Translations under genes and position numbers: made by a program | In this document: positions 1 through 12,128 of the stretch, piece by piece | Numbering within the stretch: position 1 is the stretch's first letter | Layout: every line of letters begins with the position of its first letter | Assembly: GCF_006345805.1 (NCBI RefSeq) | Contig: NW_021824657.1 | Coordinates: 1 to 37,438, forward strand | Length of the DNA stretch: 37,438 nucleotides | Direction: 5' to 3' | Source: Octopus sinensis | Lineage: Eukaryota | The notes under the pieces: model-generated | The model's database searches: none | What the model was told of the DNA's origin: nothing | Seen by the model: the letters and a program-made list of their open reading frames with translations, nothing else

Positions 1-419
1 ACAGTGCTCAGGGATAAAGGTTTTAGAAGTTGTACCAGTTCTAGATTAGAAACTGAGGTTTGTCGATTCCATGGACTTCCCTAGCTAAATTAAGATATGT
101 TTTCTTTGATAGGAAAGAATTATTTTATACTTAAGCTGTAGATATTAAACTGCAGGAATATTAGATGAACCACAATTAGTTACATAAAAGAGAAGGAGAA
201 AAAACTCCCTTCCCTTTATGTCTTAATTAGTCTTGTAATATCTAAATGTTCTTGTAATATCTAAACGTTCTCTAAGGAGACTTTAGCACACATCACTGAT
301 ACATAACATTAGGTAGTGTTTGTAATTCTTTCATTTTTAATTTCATAAATCATATTTTATTTTTATTTGCATAAGCTTGCAGTAAATTAAAAGAAAAATT
401 TGCAAACACTTTGCTGTTT

Positions 420-670
420 AATAACCCATGATGTAACAGACGAAGAGAATTGGTTAAGAGGTTTGGGAAATGATGGAGAGGATACCAGGGTATCCAAGTG
501 GAAGGAAACTGTAGAAAGATCAAGGAAGGTGTTGACAGTACTGGTAAAAGGTGATCTTAAGATAATGAACTATGAAAAAAAGACGCAATGAAGGGTGAGA
601 TCTTGGGTTAAAAATGATCTGTCTAATCCATGTCAGCATGGAAAAACAGGTGTAAAAATAATGGTATTTG
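420..670 (+). mobile_element. Highly decayed RTE-type LINE 3' fragment
   Basis: RKVLTVLVKGDLKIMN weakly resembles the RTE ORF2 C-terminus (RKTW..VV..DL). It is followed by ctaatccatgtcagcatggaaaa, which matches the family E/RTE tail at 27741-27775. Confidence 0.35.
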
Positions 671-802
671 TATAAAGATGAGGCCATTATCAGATTGAGG
701 TTGTTGAGTTAGCAGTTGAGGTTTTTACTCGGATGAGGTGTAACTGGTGTTTGCTTTTTAGGAAGACAATACCAAGTCAACAAATACTAGGTATAATGTT
801 TT

Positions 803-930
803 GCTAAGACCAAAGCACTATACGTAACAATTATTGACCTGAAGAAGGCTTTCAACAAAATAAATACCTCTCCTCCGCTTTCCAGTGGATGCTAAGAGAA
901 CTAAGTCCTCAGGATTGACTTGTGAGATAC
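803..930 (+). pseudogene. RTE-type reverse transcriptase fragment (frameshifted)
   Basis: Reads AKTKALYVTIIDLKKAFNKI, then after a frameshift FQWMLRELSPQD*LVR. This matches the non-LTR RT motif L...F.DLEKAFD.V...IWW.LRKLG..EWLVR. Confidence 0.6.
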
Positions 931-1007
931 CCACAAACCATAAGAATACCTGGAAAGAAAAAACCCTTAGTTCAATATCATATTGACAGGTGTTGCATAC
1001 ATACTCT

Positions 1008-1222
1008 ACTCTTTACTCTATTACTTGTTTCAGTCATTTGACTGTGGCCATGCTGGGGCAGCGCCTTTAGTCGAGAAAATTGACCTCAGGACTTATTCTT
1101 TGTAAGCCTAGTACTTGTTCTATCAGTCTCTTTTGCCAAACTGCTAAGTTACGGGAATGTAAACACACCAGCATTGGTTGTCAAGCAATGTTAGGGGGAC
1201 AACACCAGACACACACACACAC

Positions 1223-1264
<42 letters not shown>

Positions 1265-1420
1265 CATGTATACAATGGGTTTCTTCCAGTTTCCATCTAC
1301 CAAATCCACCCACAAGGCTTTGGTCAGCCCGAGGCTATAGTAGAAGACACTTGCTCAAGTTGCCACACAGTGGGACTGAACCCAGAACCCTGTCGTTGGC
1401 AAGCAAGCTACTTACCACAC
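1008..1420 (-). mobile_element. Family A composite tRNA/CORE-like SINE with internal microsatellite; head end truncated
   Basis: Reverse complement of the full copies at 15898-16315 and 25015-25494. Confidence 0.85.
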
Positions 1421-1745
1421 AATCACGAAGTAGTGAGTTCGAACCCAGATCAGGCTGTGTGTTGTGCAAGACACTTTATTTCACATCGCTCCAGTTGACT
1501 CAGCTGTAGAAATGAGTTGCAGTGTCACTGGTTCCAAGCTGTATTGGTCCCTTTGCCTTTCCCTTGGACAACATCAGTGGCATGGAGACGAGGGGAGGCT
1601 GGTATGCATGGCTGACTGCAGATCTACCATAAACAAACTTGCGCAGATTTGTGCCTCAGAGGGGAACCTTCTAGGTGCAATCACATGGTCATTCATGACT
1701 GAATGGGGTATTTTACCCTTTACCTTAACAGTAATATTAGGGGGG
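1421..1745 (+). mobile_element. Family C tRNA-derived SINE, 5' head missing
   Basis: Aligns by eye to 33156-33492 (gagttcg...ctcagctgtagaaatgagttgc...ctaggtgcaatc.catggtc). Confidence 0.75.
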
Positions 1746-1812
1746 GTCAAAGAATCTAATGAATTTGGCATTAAGCTCTGCCAAGTGCATGGATTACCAG
1801 CCTGGTCTGGGA

Positions 1813-1878
1813 ATTGAACTCGCTACCTCATGATTGTGAATCTGATGCTCTAGCCACAGACCCATGCACCTTCACATT
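1813..1878 (-). mobile_element. Family C head fragment, inverted
   Basis: Reverse complement gtgaaggtgcatgggtctgtggctagagc...catgaggtagcgagttcaatt matches the head at 33156-33212. Confidence 0.6.
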
Positions 1879-1951
1879 TATTACTATATATATATATATG
1901 TTGTATTTAGGAATGGTCATTTTGCCAGTTTAGACCAATAAATCTTGCAAA

Positions 1952-1960
1952 CAAATATAT

Positions 1961-2000
<40 letters not shown>

Positions 2001-2011
2001 TTATGTATGTA

Positions 2012-2062
<51 letters not shown>

Positions 2063-2107
2063 GTATAATATATATATATATGTATATTATATATTATATG
2101 GTAATAT

Positions 2108-2142
<35 letters not shown>

Positions 2143-2162
2143 GTATGTATATATGTATGTAT
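1952..2162. repeat. (TA)n/(TATG)n compound microsatellite
   Basis: Direct inspection. Confidence 0.95.
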
Positions 2163-2904
2163 GTCCCCATGCGTAGATGTGTTTTGCATCTCTTTATAAA
2201 CGCCTACACCAAAGCAGAGGCGGTTGTAGATTTTCTTTGTTTTTCTTATATAAATGTTCTTGCCATTTATGTTACAAATGTTTTAATTTTTCCACGTAAT
2301 CATTAAAATTTATAACGACAGTGCATAATCAACCGACAACTTCTAAAACAGCTACACCATCACCAAACACTATAACAATCACAACATCGCCGCTACAACT
2401 TTACAATAAGAAATATTGCTACCACGACACACCACCACCACCACCACCAATACCACAAATTCATAACGACAACAACAACAGCAACAACATCTCAACACAC
2501 TAATTTCAGACTTATGTATTTATATTTATGAAATAATAAAGAATTACTGAAAATTTTCATTAAAAATGTTTCGAGTAAGCAATATTTTAATAAAGAATTT
2601 CAAAGAATATTTGTGTAATGAGTTAGTACTTTGTGGTGGTTGAGTAGGAAGCGCGGGGGTGTTGGTGGGTGTAGTCATTTATCAAGTAGTGTGGTGGTGG
2701 TGGTGGTGGTGGTGGTGGTGGTGGTGGTGGGTGGTTTATTCATTTCTCAGCTAATTTAGCCTTTAGTCACTGCATGTTATAATTAAATAGTTTCAGAACA
2801 AGTTTTCCTACTTATTTTGTATTCTATTGTATCTGTCCTATCTACTTGGCATTGTATCTGTGTGTGTGAATATTAGATGATATTTTATCATATATGCATA
2901 AAAT

Positions 2905-2905
2905 T

Positions 2906-2954
<49 letters not shown>

Positions 2955-3051
2955 CACACATATATAAGTAGCCAGCACACATTTGAACACACATATATGT
3001 GTGTATGTATACACACCACACACAACATATATATATATATATGTATATATA

Positions 3052-3125
<74 letters not shown>

Positions 3126-3252
3126 CTATAATAATTTATCATAAAGAGTACTTATATATGCGTAAGTTTATAGTTATACTTATATATGTGTATGTCTGTA
3201 TACATATATATATTGTGTCAATATACAGAAAATTTATCTATCTACCTACCTG

Positions 3253-3285
<33 letters not shown>

Positions 3286-3333
3286 TATCTATCTATCTAT
3301 CCTATCATCTATCATCTATCTATTATCTATCTA

Positions 3334-3375
<42 letters not shown>

Positions 3376-3402
3376 CTATCCCCTGTCTATCTACTTACCT
3401 GC

Positions 3403-3433
<31 letters not shown>

Positions 3434-3468
3434 CCTACTTGCCTGCCTGCCTGTCTGTATATATGTAT

Positions 3469-3540
<72 letters not shown>
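2905..3540. repeat. Compound microsatellite field: (TA)n, (TCTA)n ~3236-3435, (CA)n ~3479-3535
   Basis: Direct inspection. Confidence 0.95.
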
Positions 3541-3543
<3 letters not shown>

Positions 3544-3744
3544 CTCAATTGTCAGTGTATCTTATAACTGTAAACGAAGCACCATCTAAAGCATAGAGCA
3601 GTAATGTATTTATATGCAGTTCAATGTATGTCTGGTCATAGAGTGACCAGTGGTCTTGCATCCATAAAAGGGCTTAGTCCTATGGATAGCTCAGCAAACT
3701 CTAATTATATGGGAAATTACCACCTGTGTCATCTCTTGTGAAAG

Positions 3745-4131
3745 GTAGGAGAGTCCAGTTTGCTGGACATTGTTGTAGAGCTGAAAAAGAGGTAATTTCT
3801 ACTCTTCTCCTCTGGAAGCCATCTACTCGCAACACCAGAGGGCGCACACTCTCCTACCCTGATGTAATCTCCAGGGATACAGGCATGTAGGAGAGTCCAG
3901 TTTGCTGGACATTGTTGTAGAGCTGAAAAAGAGGTAATTTCTACTCTTCTCCTCTGGAAGCCATCTACTCGCAACACCAGAGGGCGCACACTCTCCTACC
4001 CTGATGTAATCTCCAGGGATACAGGCATCCAGCAACAGGATCTCCGTAATGCTATGATGGACCGTGAAGTCTGGCGCAACATGGTAAATTCCATTGTCCG
4101 GACCACAGTCGAACAATGATGATGATGATGA
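3745..4131 (+). mobile_element. 5'-truncated RTE-group LINE 3' end with (ATG)n tail and an exact 142-bp duplication at its 5' end
   Basis: 3889-4119 translates RRVQFAGHCCRAEKEVISTLLLWKPSTRNTRGRTLSYPDVISRDTGIQQQDLRNAMMDREVWRNMVNSIVRTTVEQ*, the RTE/RTEX ORF2 C-terminal pattern (RR..FAGH...L.W.P...RGR...Y.D...DR..WR). 3745-3886 equals 3887-4028. Confidence 0.85.
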
Positions 4132-4353
4132 AACTCTAAAGCCAAAGACAAACATAACTCTTCTGAGTTGAAGAGTTCTACTTGTCTTTGGGAGTGTGAC
4201 GAGCCATCCAAGGGACTAGAACCTTTATGGATATGAAACCATTGGTCACTCTAAGACCAGACATACATTGAACTGCATATAAATATCTATGTATGTATAG
4301 AAGTATTCGGTGCCCACTCAAGCACACATGCCCTGCATGTTATGCATGATTAT

Positions 4354-4512
4354 GCAGGAGTGGCTGTGTGTTAAGTAGCCTGCTTACCAACTGCATGGTT
4401 CTGGGTTCAGTCCCACTGCGTGTCACCCTGGGCAAGTGTCTTCTACTGTAGCTTCAGGCTGACCAAAGCCTTGTGAGTGGATTCGGTAGATGGAAACTGA
4501 AAGAAGCCCGTC
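4354..4512 (+). mobile_element. Family A SINE head module only
   Basis: gcaggagtggctgtgtg...ggttcagtccc...ccctgggcaagtgtctt...gaagcccgtc, then (TA)n. Has A/B-box-like motifs and a CORE-like CCTTGGGCAAGT segment. Confidence 0.85.
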
Positions 4513-4879
4513 ATATATATATATATATATATAGAATGATTAGAATGATTTTTTATAGAATGATTTTCGTCATTTCTTTCTCTTTTGCCTGCGTCGTTTG
4601 GTTTTTAAGTGCTTTGGTTTTACTGGGATCTCCCTTTTAAGTAGAAAGAATAGCCAAAACTTTTTGACTGCTATTTCTAAATTTGGTATGTGGTGAGGCA
4701 AATCGTTGCTAAACCCTTAATTACTTAGTATTACTTAAACCTTCCTTGAATGGGGCTTTTACATTGCCGAACTCTTTTGGTGAAATTAATGATTATTTCT
4801 AAATTAATTAATTTCACCCTTTATTATTGATATATATATATATATTATAATATATATATATATATATATATGTATGTGT

Positions 4880-4922
<43 letters not shown>

Positions 4923-5759
4923 TATATGGCCAGAGTATCCTTAAAAGTAGCTGTACTCTAGTTTGGTCACAGTCCAGTGGCTGAAAACTGCAAAAGAACA
5001 GAGGCTCATAAATAAATATTAGCATCTCTTCATTATCTGATGCTTACCTCATTGTGCTATTTAGCTCTGGTTTCCAAGAACTTTGCATAGTTTGGTAGCT
5101 TTGTGTTGGTAACAAAGTACGTTTTTAGCTAGACCAAATATTGGTAAAAGAAATAATAAAAGACTTGTAGACATCTCCACTTATATTCTTTACAAAATTG
5201 TAACAAATGGCAAACTATAAAAATCAGAATATTTATTATCTTGCGGCATATCTCAAGATTTCTTTGGTTAGACACCAATATAAGTTATTGTTGCTTGTCA
5301 GAACAATATAATAATGGTCACCACATGTATGTTTGATAAAGGATGGAGAGGAGAAGAAGGAAAGAATATTATCTCATAACTGTGGTGTTTAATATATCCG
5401 TCAGGGCTTTTGTAGAGTTAGCGTAAAGGTTTTGTATGCAGATTTAAATGTGTGTATGTTTGTGAGTATTTGTTTGGCAGTGTGTCACAGGCATTGAATG
5501 AGGAAGATGCATGGTAGTTGGAGAGATACGAGGTGGGGGATAATTCATTTGATGTGGTCAGAAAAGGCCGAACACAATGGTTCTCTGAGAGTGAGTAAGT
5601 TTAAAAAGCAGAAGTTGATGTATGCAAGAGTGGCTACAATGGAATCAGAGAAACAGTTGCATAAATGGACATTGTGTTCCTTCAATGAAAAATGACTGTG
5701 TTTTGACAGAGAAGTTATTTGCTGCAGAGAAAAAGAAACAAATAGTCCCTCACATTATA

Positions 5760-5779
5760 TATCATCATATATATATGTG

Positions 5780-5855
<76 letters not shown>

Positions 5856-5895
5856 TATGTATATATATTATGTATATGTAGTATGTATATTTATA

Positions 5896-5926
<31 letters not shown>

Positions 5927-6264
5927 ATATATGTGTGTATTTATAGGGGACATAGTGTTTAAATGAGATCCCAGAGTTGTGGATCTGATGGATGAGATGT
6001 TAAAGGATCACGGTGAGTGTTTATTATAAGTTGCATGGAGAGATGTTCATCTGTGTCAGTGTGGGGGAAATAACATGTTTAAACTATGATCATGATGTAT
6101 TAGCATGTTGATGTGTGTATGTATGTATATATATATATATGTGTGTGTGTGTGTGATGTGTGTCAGAGTATGCAGGCAAGAGATCATTGTTTAGTTGACA
6201 TCAGAAGTATAAAAACTGAAAAGCAAGATGAAAGACACAGAAACATATATATATATATATACAC

Positions 6265-6307
<43 letters not shown>

Positions 6308-6337
6308 TATATATATACACAATATATATATATATAT

Positions 6338-6375
<38 letters not shown>

Positions 6376-6436
6376 TATACATACATATAATATATATATA
6401 TGTATATATAATATATACACCATACATACAACACAA

Positions 6437-6469
<33 letters not shown>

Positions 6470-6575
6470 CACACACATATATATACATACTATATATATA
6501 TATATACATATATACACATATATTTATATATACACACACATATAAATATAGATAGATAGAGAGAGAGAGAGAGAG
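5760..6575. repeat. Two (TA)n-rich microsatellite fields (~5760-5935, ~6245-6575)
   Basis: Direct inspection. Confidence 0.9.
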
Positions 6576-7120
6576 GAGAATGAAGGTGAGAGAGGGGGAA
6601 TTGCATGTCAGAAGAATATTTTCGTTTTGTGTTTTGTAGAAATTTACAGAAACCAAGTAAAATGTATATTTTGGAAGAAAGAAAAAGAGCCGAAGAGATG
6701 TATAAGAAAAAGGTGGTGTGGGGGTGGACAGAAGACAGGAACAACCTTAAAAAACAATTCTTGACTTAACTGAAAATATAAAAAAGAATCTATCAAAAAA
6801 AAAATTCTTGGTTTATCTAAAAAAAAAACAATTCTTCGTTCTGCAGAAGTTAAGCAGAACTTTAGGTGAACCTCGTCAAGGAATCATTTTTTGGTTAATG
6901 CCAGTTAATTCAAAAGTAACTGTACACAGAAAAAGTAGAAGACAGAGAGAGACGAGTGGGAAAAACGCCTGTTAAGTGAAGATGTGGGGGTGTGTTTGTA
7001 TGTGTGTATGTATTATACAGAATCACGTGTATTTACTCAGGGTATTAATTCATTAAACTGTTGACCCAAGACATAGATAAAGTTAATTTAATGTAAGAAA
7101 TATGAATAGTTTGATGTAGC

Positions 7121-7265
7121 AGGTCGACTTTGCCTTTCATTCTTTTGGGGTCGATTAAATAAGTACCAGTTACACACTGGGGTCGATATAATCGACTTAA
7201 TCCATTTGCCTGTCCTTGTTCGTCCCCTCTATGTTTAGCCCCTTGTGGGTAGTAAAGAAATAGGT
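7121..7265 (+). mobile_element. Family D SINE, 3' part
   Basis: aggtcgactttgcctttcat...ggggtcgat...tttagccccttgtggg.agtaaagaaata, as at 14306-14507 and 22043-22531. Confidence 0.85.
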
Positions 7266-7384
7266 AAGGACAAAGGACCTCAACATATGAAATAACTGCC
7301 TTGAAAAAGATCAGTTTAACATACAAGAAAGCTTAGAAACACAGACATAAAATGATAATGGTATGAAGATTATATTGATATATA

Positions 7385-7649
7385 TATTTTTTGTTGTGTC
7401 TGGGGAGAGTCATTCTCTTTTAGTGCCTTATTATTTAACACACTCACCGGTAAAATTTCCACTTATTTCTTATTTTTTATTTTCTAAAATTTTCATTGCG
7501 TCTTGCAACCTTTTCAATAGTCTTGACTCTGTCCGTTTGTTTGTGCGCATGTGTGTGGGTCAGTGTGCGTGTGTGTGCCTATAATGCATACATGCACTGC
7601 ACATGCCTATACATGCACTAAAAGAGAATGACTCTCCCCAGACACAACA
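7385..7649. mobile_element. Short repeat with a perfect 35-bp inverted repeat (7392-7426 / 7615-7649) and a degenerate hammerhead-like fold; putative Penelope-like derivative
   Basis: tgttgtgtctggggagagtcattctcttttagtgc and its exact reverse complement. Minus strand 7520-7484 folds as CUA-UUGAAAA-G-GUUGC/GCAAU-GAA-AAUU-U-UAG. Confidence 0.55.
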
Positions 7650-7724
7650 GAATATGCTTCAACACACGAACTCATATAAAGAATCTTGCAAACCAAATCC
7701 AAAAACAAAATATATATATATATT

Positions 7725-7905
7725 TTTTTCAGATAAAGATTAGTGTACATTTCAACTCAAAGAGGCAAGCCTTTAAACAGGTTGCCTAACATACTAGAAA
7801 GAACAGTCAAAAAGTTCAAACCACTGCTTTTTCTAGTATGTTAGGCAACCTGTTTAAAGGCTTGCCCCTTTGTGTTTAAATGTACACTAATCTTTATCTG
7901 AAAAA
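7725..7905. repeat. Long near-perfect inverted repeat (76-bp arms, 3 mismatches, 29-nt loop); MITE-like or fold-back
   Basis: 7725-7800 vs reverse complement of 7830-7905 differs at only 3 positions. Confidence 0.9.
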
Positions 7906-8511
7906 TATGTCTATTGACTTTGTATACATACTAGGCCACTGGTAGAAAAAAATTTCTATAATTTTTCCTACCCTATATTTATTTTAAGTAAAGTTGATGT
8001 AGGTGAGATTTGAGCTCAGAATGGAGAGATCCACTCTGACAGACTTGGTCAATATGTGCATGTGTATTTGTGTACATGTGTGTATGTCTGTGTGCACATG
8101 TGCATGCGTGTATATAAACACACACGTCTACATAGACAGATGGGTACATACATATATCTCTATACACATATATAGTTACATGCATGTATACATAAATATT
8201 TATAACCACATTTGCATATATCTCCTGATGATAATTTCACCAATAACAAACGATATTGAGACAGGTTTTGTATCTCTTCCTTACAACATGTCACATTGCA
8301 ATCCACTGATGTCTTATTCCTTTGGCACAACATCCTGTGATCCGATACCTAAGTTGACAGAAACATAAATCTCTTCATTAATTGAATGATTGTACAGAGT
8401 GACAAATGTTGTGCTCTGGGGATTGGATTGTCTGCTTTGTGTTAACGAATAAATAAATAACATTTTGTTCATGTAACGAAAATTTCTCCCATTTTATAAA
8501 AACAGTACTGC

Positions 8512-8884
8512 CTCTGTGTAAGAGTACCCCTGCACAACAGTACCCCAATGCAAAAGTATGCCAGTGCAAGAGTACCCCACTGCAAAAACATCCCTGTGCA
8601 AGAATATCCCTGTTCAAGTATACCCCAGTGCAAGAGTACCCTTGTGCAAGAACATCCCTGTTCAAGAGTACCTCACTGCAAGAATACCCCAGTGAAGAGC
8701 ACCCCTGTGCAAGAGTACCCCAGTGCAAGAGTACTTCAATGCATCAGCACCACTGTGCAAGAGTACCACAGTGCAAGAGTACCCCATGCAAGAATACCCC
8801 AGTGCAAAAATATCACTGTGCATGAGTACTTCAGTGCAAGAACATCCCAGTGCAAGAACACCCCAGTGCAAGAACACCCCAGTG
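8512..8884. repeat. Degenerate 16-bp minisatellite (consensus GTGCAAGAGTACCCCA), ~23 units
   Basis: Recurring gtgcaagag/atacccc with 16-bp spacing. Confidence 0.9.
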
Positions 8885-9210
8885 GTTTGATTACCTGAAC
8901 TACTACTCATTGTGTTTGTGTAGAAATGACAGTGTGTAACTCCACTGAACCTTGAAATTAAAAGTACGGATCAATGAGACAGGCTTCCATATGCAAGGCT
9001 TCAGTTGATCTGAAGTCATCGAAGATTCCAGGAATGAATCAGACCAAGGATCTTGTGGACAGTGAAGTGTGTTCCTCAATCACTGGGTCATGCCTGTACC
9101 CTGTTTCTCATTTGTATGCCCAATCATGCATGCACACACACACTGTTGAACTGTGTATGAAAACATTTGGTTGAGAAGAAAACTTCTTACAGCACGACCA
9201 TGACTGTGCG

Positions 9211-9242
<32 letters not shown>

Positions 9243-9364
9243 GGCACATACACACTCTCACATACACACACACATGCACACCTTTGTTTTGGGACCACCA
9301 CTACTTTATTATCTCCCCTTCTTCCTAGCTCTCCTGTATGACTCCCCTGTCCAGCATTTGCCAT

Positions 9365-9548
9365 CATAGATTGCTAGCCACTAAACCATTTTTACTTTCT
9401 CTCCCTGTTTATTTGTGTTTCTTTCTGTCAAAGAGCGTATGCTCGAAATGTAAAAGACTTTCTCACTTCCTGAGCATTAAACTAATACATCTGTTTGTTG
9501 TTTACACACCCATCTTCGTCTTTTGATTTTTTGTGAATTCTCCCTATA
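9365..9548 (+). mobile_element. Short repeat ending in (TA) with a degenerate hammerhead-like motif at 9421-9456; related to 16697-16898
   Basis: cttt-CTGTCAA-A-GAGC-GTAT-GCTC-GAA-ATGT-A-aaag; downstream ctaatacatctgtttgtt...cttcgtcttttg is shared with 16.8 kb. Confidence 0.6.
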
Positions 9549-9674
9549 TACATATACACATATTAAGTTCAGCAAAATTTAGATTCAGATGATGAATACT
9601 TACAGTGTTAATAAAATGAAGTAGCATGAAACATTGTACTACTTTACCTTGGATATACTTGTTGCTTATTTTGA

Positions 9675-9705
9675 TTATACACACACACACACATATATAT
9701 ATATG

Positions 9706-9746
<41 letters not shown>

Positions 9747-9941
9747 TATATATATATGTGTATGTATATATATATATATATGTATGTGTTATATGTGTAT
9801 AGTTATATATATATATATGTATGTTTTATATAGGTATGTATATATATATAATATGTATGTTATATATATGATGTATATATATAATGTATGTTATATATAT
9901 GTATATATATGTACATAGATATATGTATATATATATATATC

Positions 9942-9972
<31 letters not shown>
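9675..9972. repeat. (TA)/(TG) microsatellite field
   Basis: Direct inspection. Confidence 0.9.
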
Positions 9973-9975
<3 letters not shown>

Positions 9976-9989
9976 CCACATGCATAGGA

Positions 9990-10138
9990 TGGTCTTCTTT
10001 CAATTTCAGTTTGTCAGATTCACCCAAATTCACTTGGGGCTATGGTAGATGAAACAAGCTCAAGGTGTCATGCAGCAAGATTGCACCTGAAAACATGTGA
10101 TTGGGAAACGACCTTCTTAACTACACAGCCATGCCTGT

Positions 10139-10140
<2 letters not shown>
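9990..10140 (-). mobile_element. Old, diverged family A head
   Basis: ggggctatggtaga...caaggtgtcatgcag...acatgtgattgg...actacacagccatgcctg resembles the reverse complement of the head. Confidence 0.55.
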
Positions 10141-10175
<35 letters not shown>

Positions 10176-10444
10176 ATGTGTGAACCACTATCTTTATTTT
10201 AAATAGACAACTTAACAGCTCAGTAAAGATTGATAAAATAACTAAATAGAAGGTTCAAAACAAGTGCTTGGGTCCAATGGCATCAACTGAAACCCCAGAA
10301 AATGTGGTGCTCCAGCATGGCTGTAATAAGTGTCTGCTCTTTCCTAAACAGCTCTAGGACAGATGCTTTATCTTCCTGCATCTTATTTATGTCTGTGTTA
10401 CAACCATGGCTTATATGCTGTTTTGTAGAATTGGAAACTTCAAA

Positions 10445-10449
<5 letters not shown>

Positions 10450-10488
<39 letters not shown>

Positions 10489-11012
10489 TTATACTCTCAC
10501 ACACACTTTCCTATACATACATACATACATGTATAAATACACACACACACACACACACTTATATATATATATATATATATATATAAGTATATGTATGTAC
10601 TGACCTGTATGTACATATATATATAGAGAGAGATGTGTGTGTGTGTATATATATTTGTGTATATCTGTGTATTTATATAGCCATGTGTATATATATATAT
10701 GTACACACACATGCACATGCATATAAGTATAAATATATGTAGATAAAAGAATATGTGTAGATGTGTATATATGTGTGTGTGTGTATATATGTATCTGCAC
10801 ATAAACATGCGTGTGTGTGTATATATATATATATATATGTATATACATACACATATACATACATACATATACATACATACATATAATATATTATATATAC
10901 ATACATAAGTGTGCTTATATATATATATATATACATACATAAGTGTGTTTATATATATATATATATATATATGTTCATACACCGACATATATAAGTATAT
11001 AGACGTATACAT
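10450..11012. repeat. (TG)/(CA)/(TA) microsatellite field
   Basis: Direct inspection. Confidence 0.9.
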
Positions 11013-11610
11013 ACCTGTGTTGTGTGTCTGTTATTTTCTGGTCTATCACCTTAAGCAATTCATTCATGACTGCAATAATTTTCTTTTCTCTTTCTTCTTC
11101 TTTTTTTTTTATATATTTTTTTTGAACCAATCAGTACTGAAGTGAAAGAGTATGTCTAGGGTGGATGGTCAGGTGGAAGCGATAGTGCGAGGGGGGTGGG
11201 GATGGAACTGACAAAAAGAGCAACGAAGATATATAATTAAAAGTCTCTGATAAATAAGGAAAAAAAAAAAAGAAAAAAAAGCGAATCATGAAACTAGTCA
11301 CAGTGTTTGTTTTTGCTGTTTTTTTCTTATTGTGTTTTATTTTATTTTATTTCATTTTTTTTAATCTCTTGTTTACTTTTGTGAAATGTTGTTTACTTCT
11401 TACTGTTACCTAAACAAAGTTTATTTACATGACAATCTACTGGAATGATAGTAAACATATTGAATCTGTGACCGTGTGTATGCATTTATACATGTGTGCA
11501 TATATGTGTGTGTGAGTGTATTTCAGATGTGTGTGTATGAGTATCTATCTATCTATTTATCTATTTATCTCTCTGTCTCTCTGTCTCTCTGTCTGTCTCT
11601 CTCTCTGTAC

Positions 11611-11648
<38 letters not shown>

Positions 11649-11659
11649 TAGATAGATAT

Positions 11660-11950
11660 AGGTGCGGGAGTGGTTGTGTGTTAAGTAGCTTGCATACCAA
11701 CCACATGGTTCCGGGTTCGTTCCCACTGCATGGCACCTTGAGCAAGTGTCTTCTACTATAGCCTCGGGCCGACTAAAGCCTTGTGAGTGGATTTGGTAAA
11801 AGGAAACTGACAGAAGCCCGTCATATATATGTATATATGTGTATGTATATGTTTGTGCATCTGTGTTTGTCTCTCCAGCATCACTTCATAACCAGTGGTG
11901 GTGTGTTTGCATCCCCGTAACTTAGCGGTTTGGCAAAAGAGACAGATAGA
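11660..11950 (+). mobile_element. Family A SINE, head plus truncated second module
   Basis: Similarity to 15898-16315 stops at gcaaaagagacagatagaa. Confidence 0.85.
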
Positions 11951-11952
11951 AA

Positions 11953-12128
11953 GGGCAAGAGGAAAGACTCACACTAGACAGCTTTTTGAAGAAACTCAAG
12001 CAACCACTCCAACCAAACATGCTTTGGTTTTTCTCAGACAAGAAAAAATTCTTCCTGGATGTGATGGTGAACACACAAAACAACCGTTGGCTTGCTGTGT
12101 CCCCAAAACATGTGCTGAGAGTGATAAA
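11953..12128 (+). pseudogene. Tc1/mariner-superfamily (maT/DD37D-like) transposase fragment around the first catalytic Asp
   Basis: A frame not in the ORF track reads LKKLKQPLQPNMLWFFSDKKKFFLDVMVNTQNNRWLAVSPKHVLRVIK, matching the FSDEK.F....N.QN.R motif with E replaced by K. Confidence 0.75.

Noticed and set aside
4735-4785. Hammerhead-like GGC...GCCGAAC motif
   Set aside because: No CUGANGA core and no stem I/III support.
6800-6960. Minus-strand terminal exon after a strong acceptor (tctactttttctgtgtacAG)
   Set aside because: Stops in all frames within 15 codons, no recognisable peptide and no linked upstream exon.
11975-12115. Minus-strand exon with a PH-domain-like peptide (FCVFTITSRKNFFLSEKNQSMFGW)
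   Set aside because: The plus strand gives a much better match to a Tc1/mariner transposase (WFFSD...NTQNNRW).
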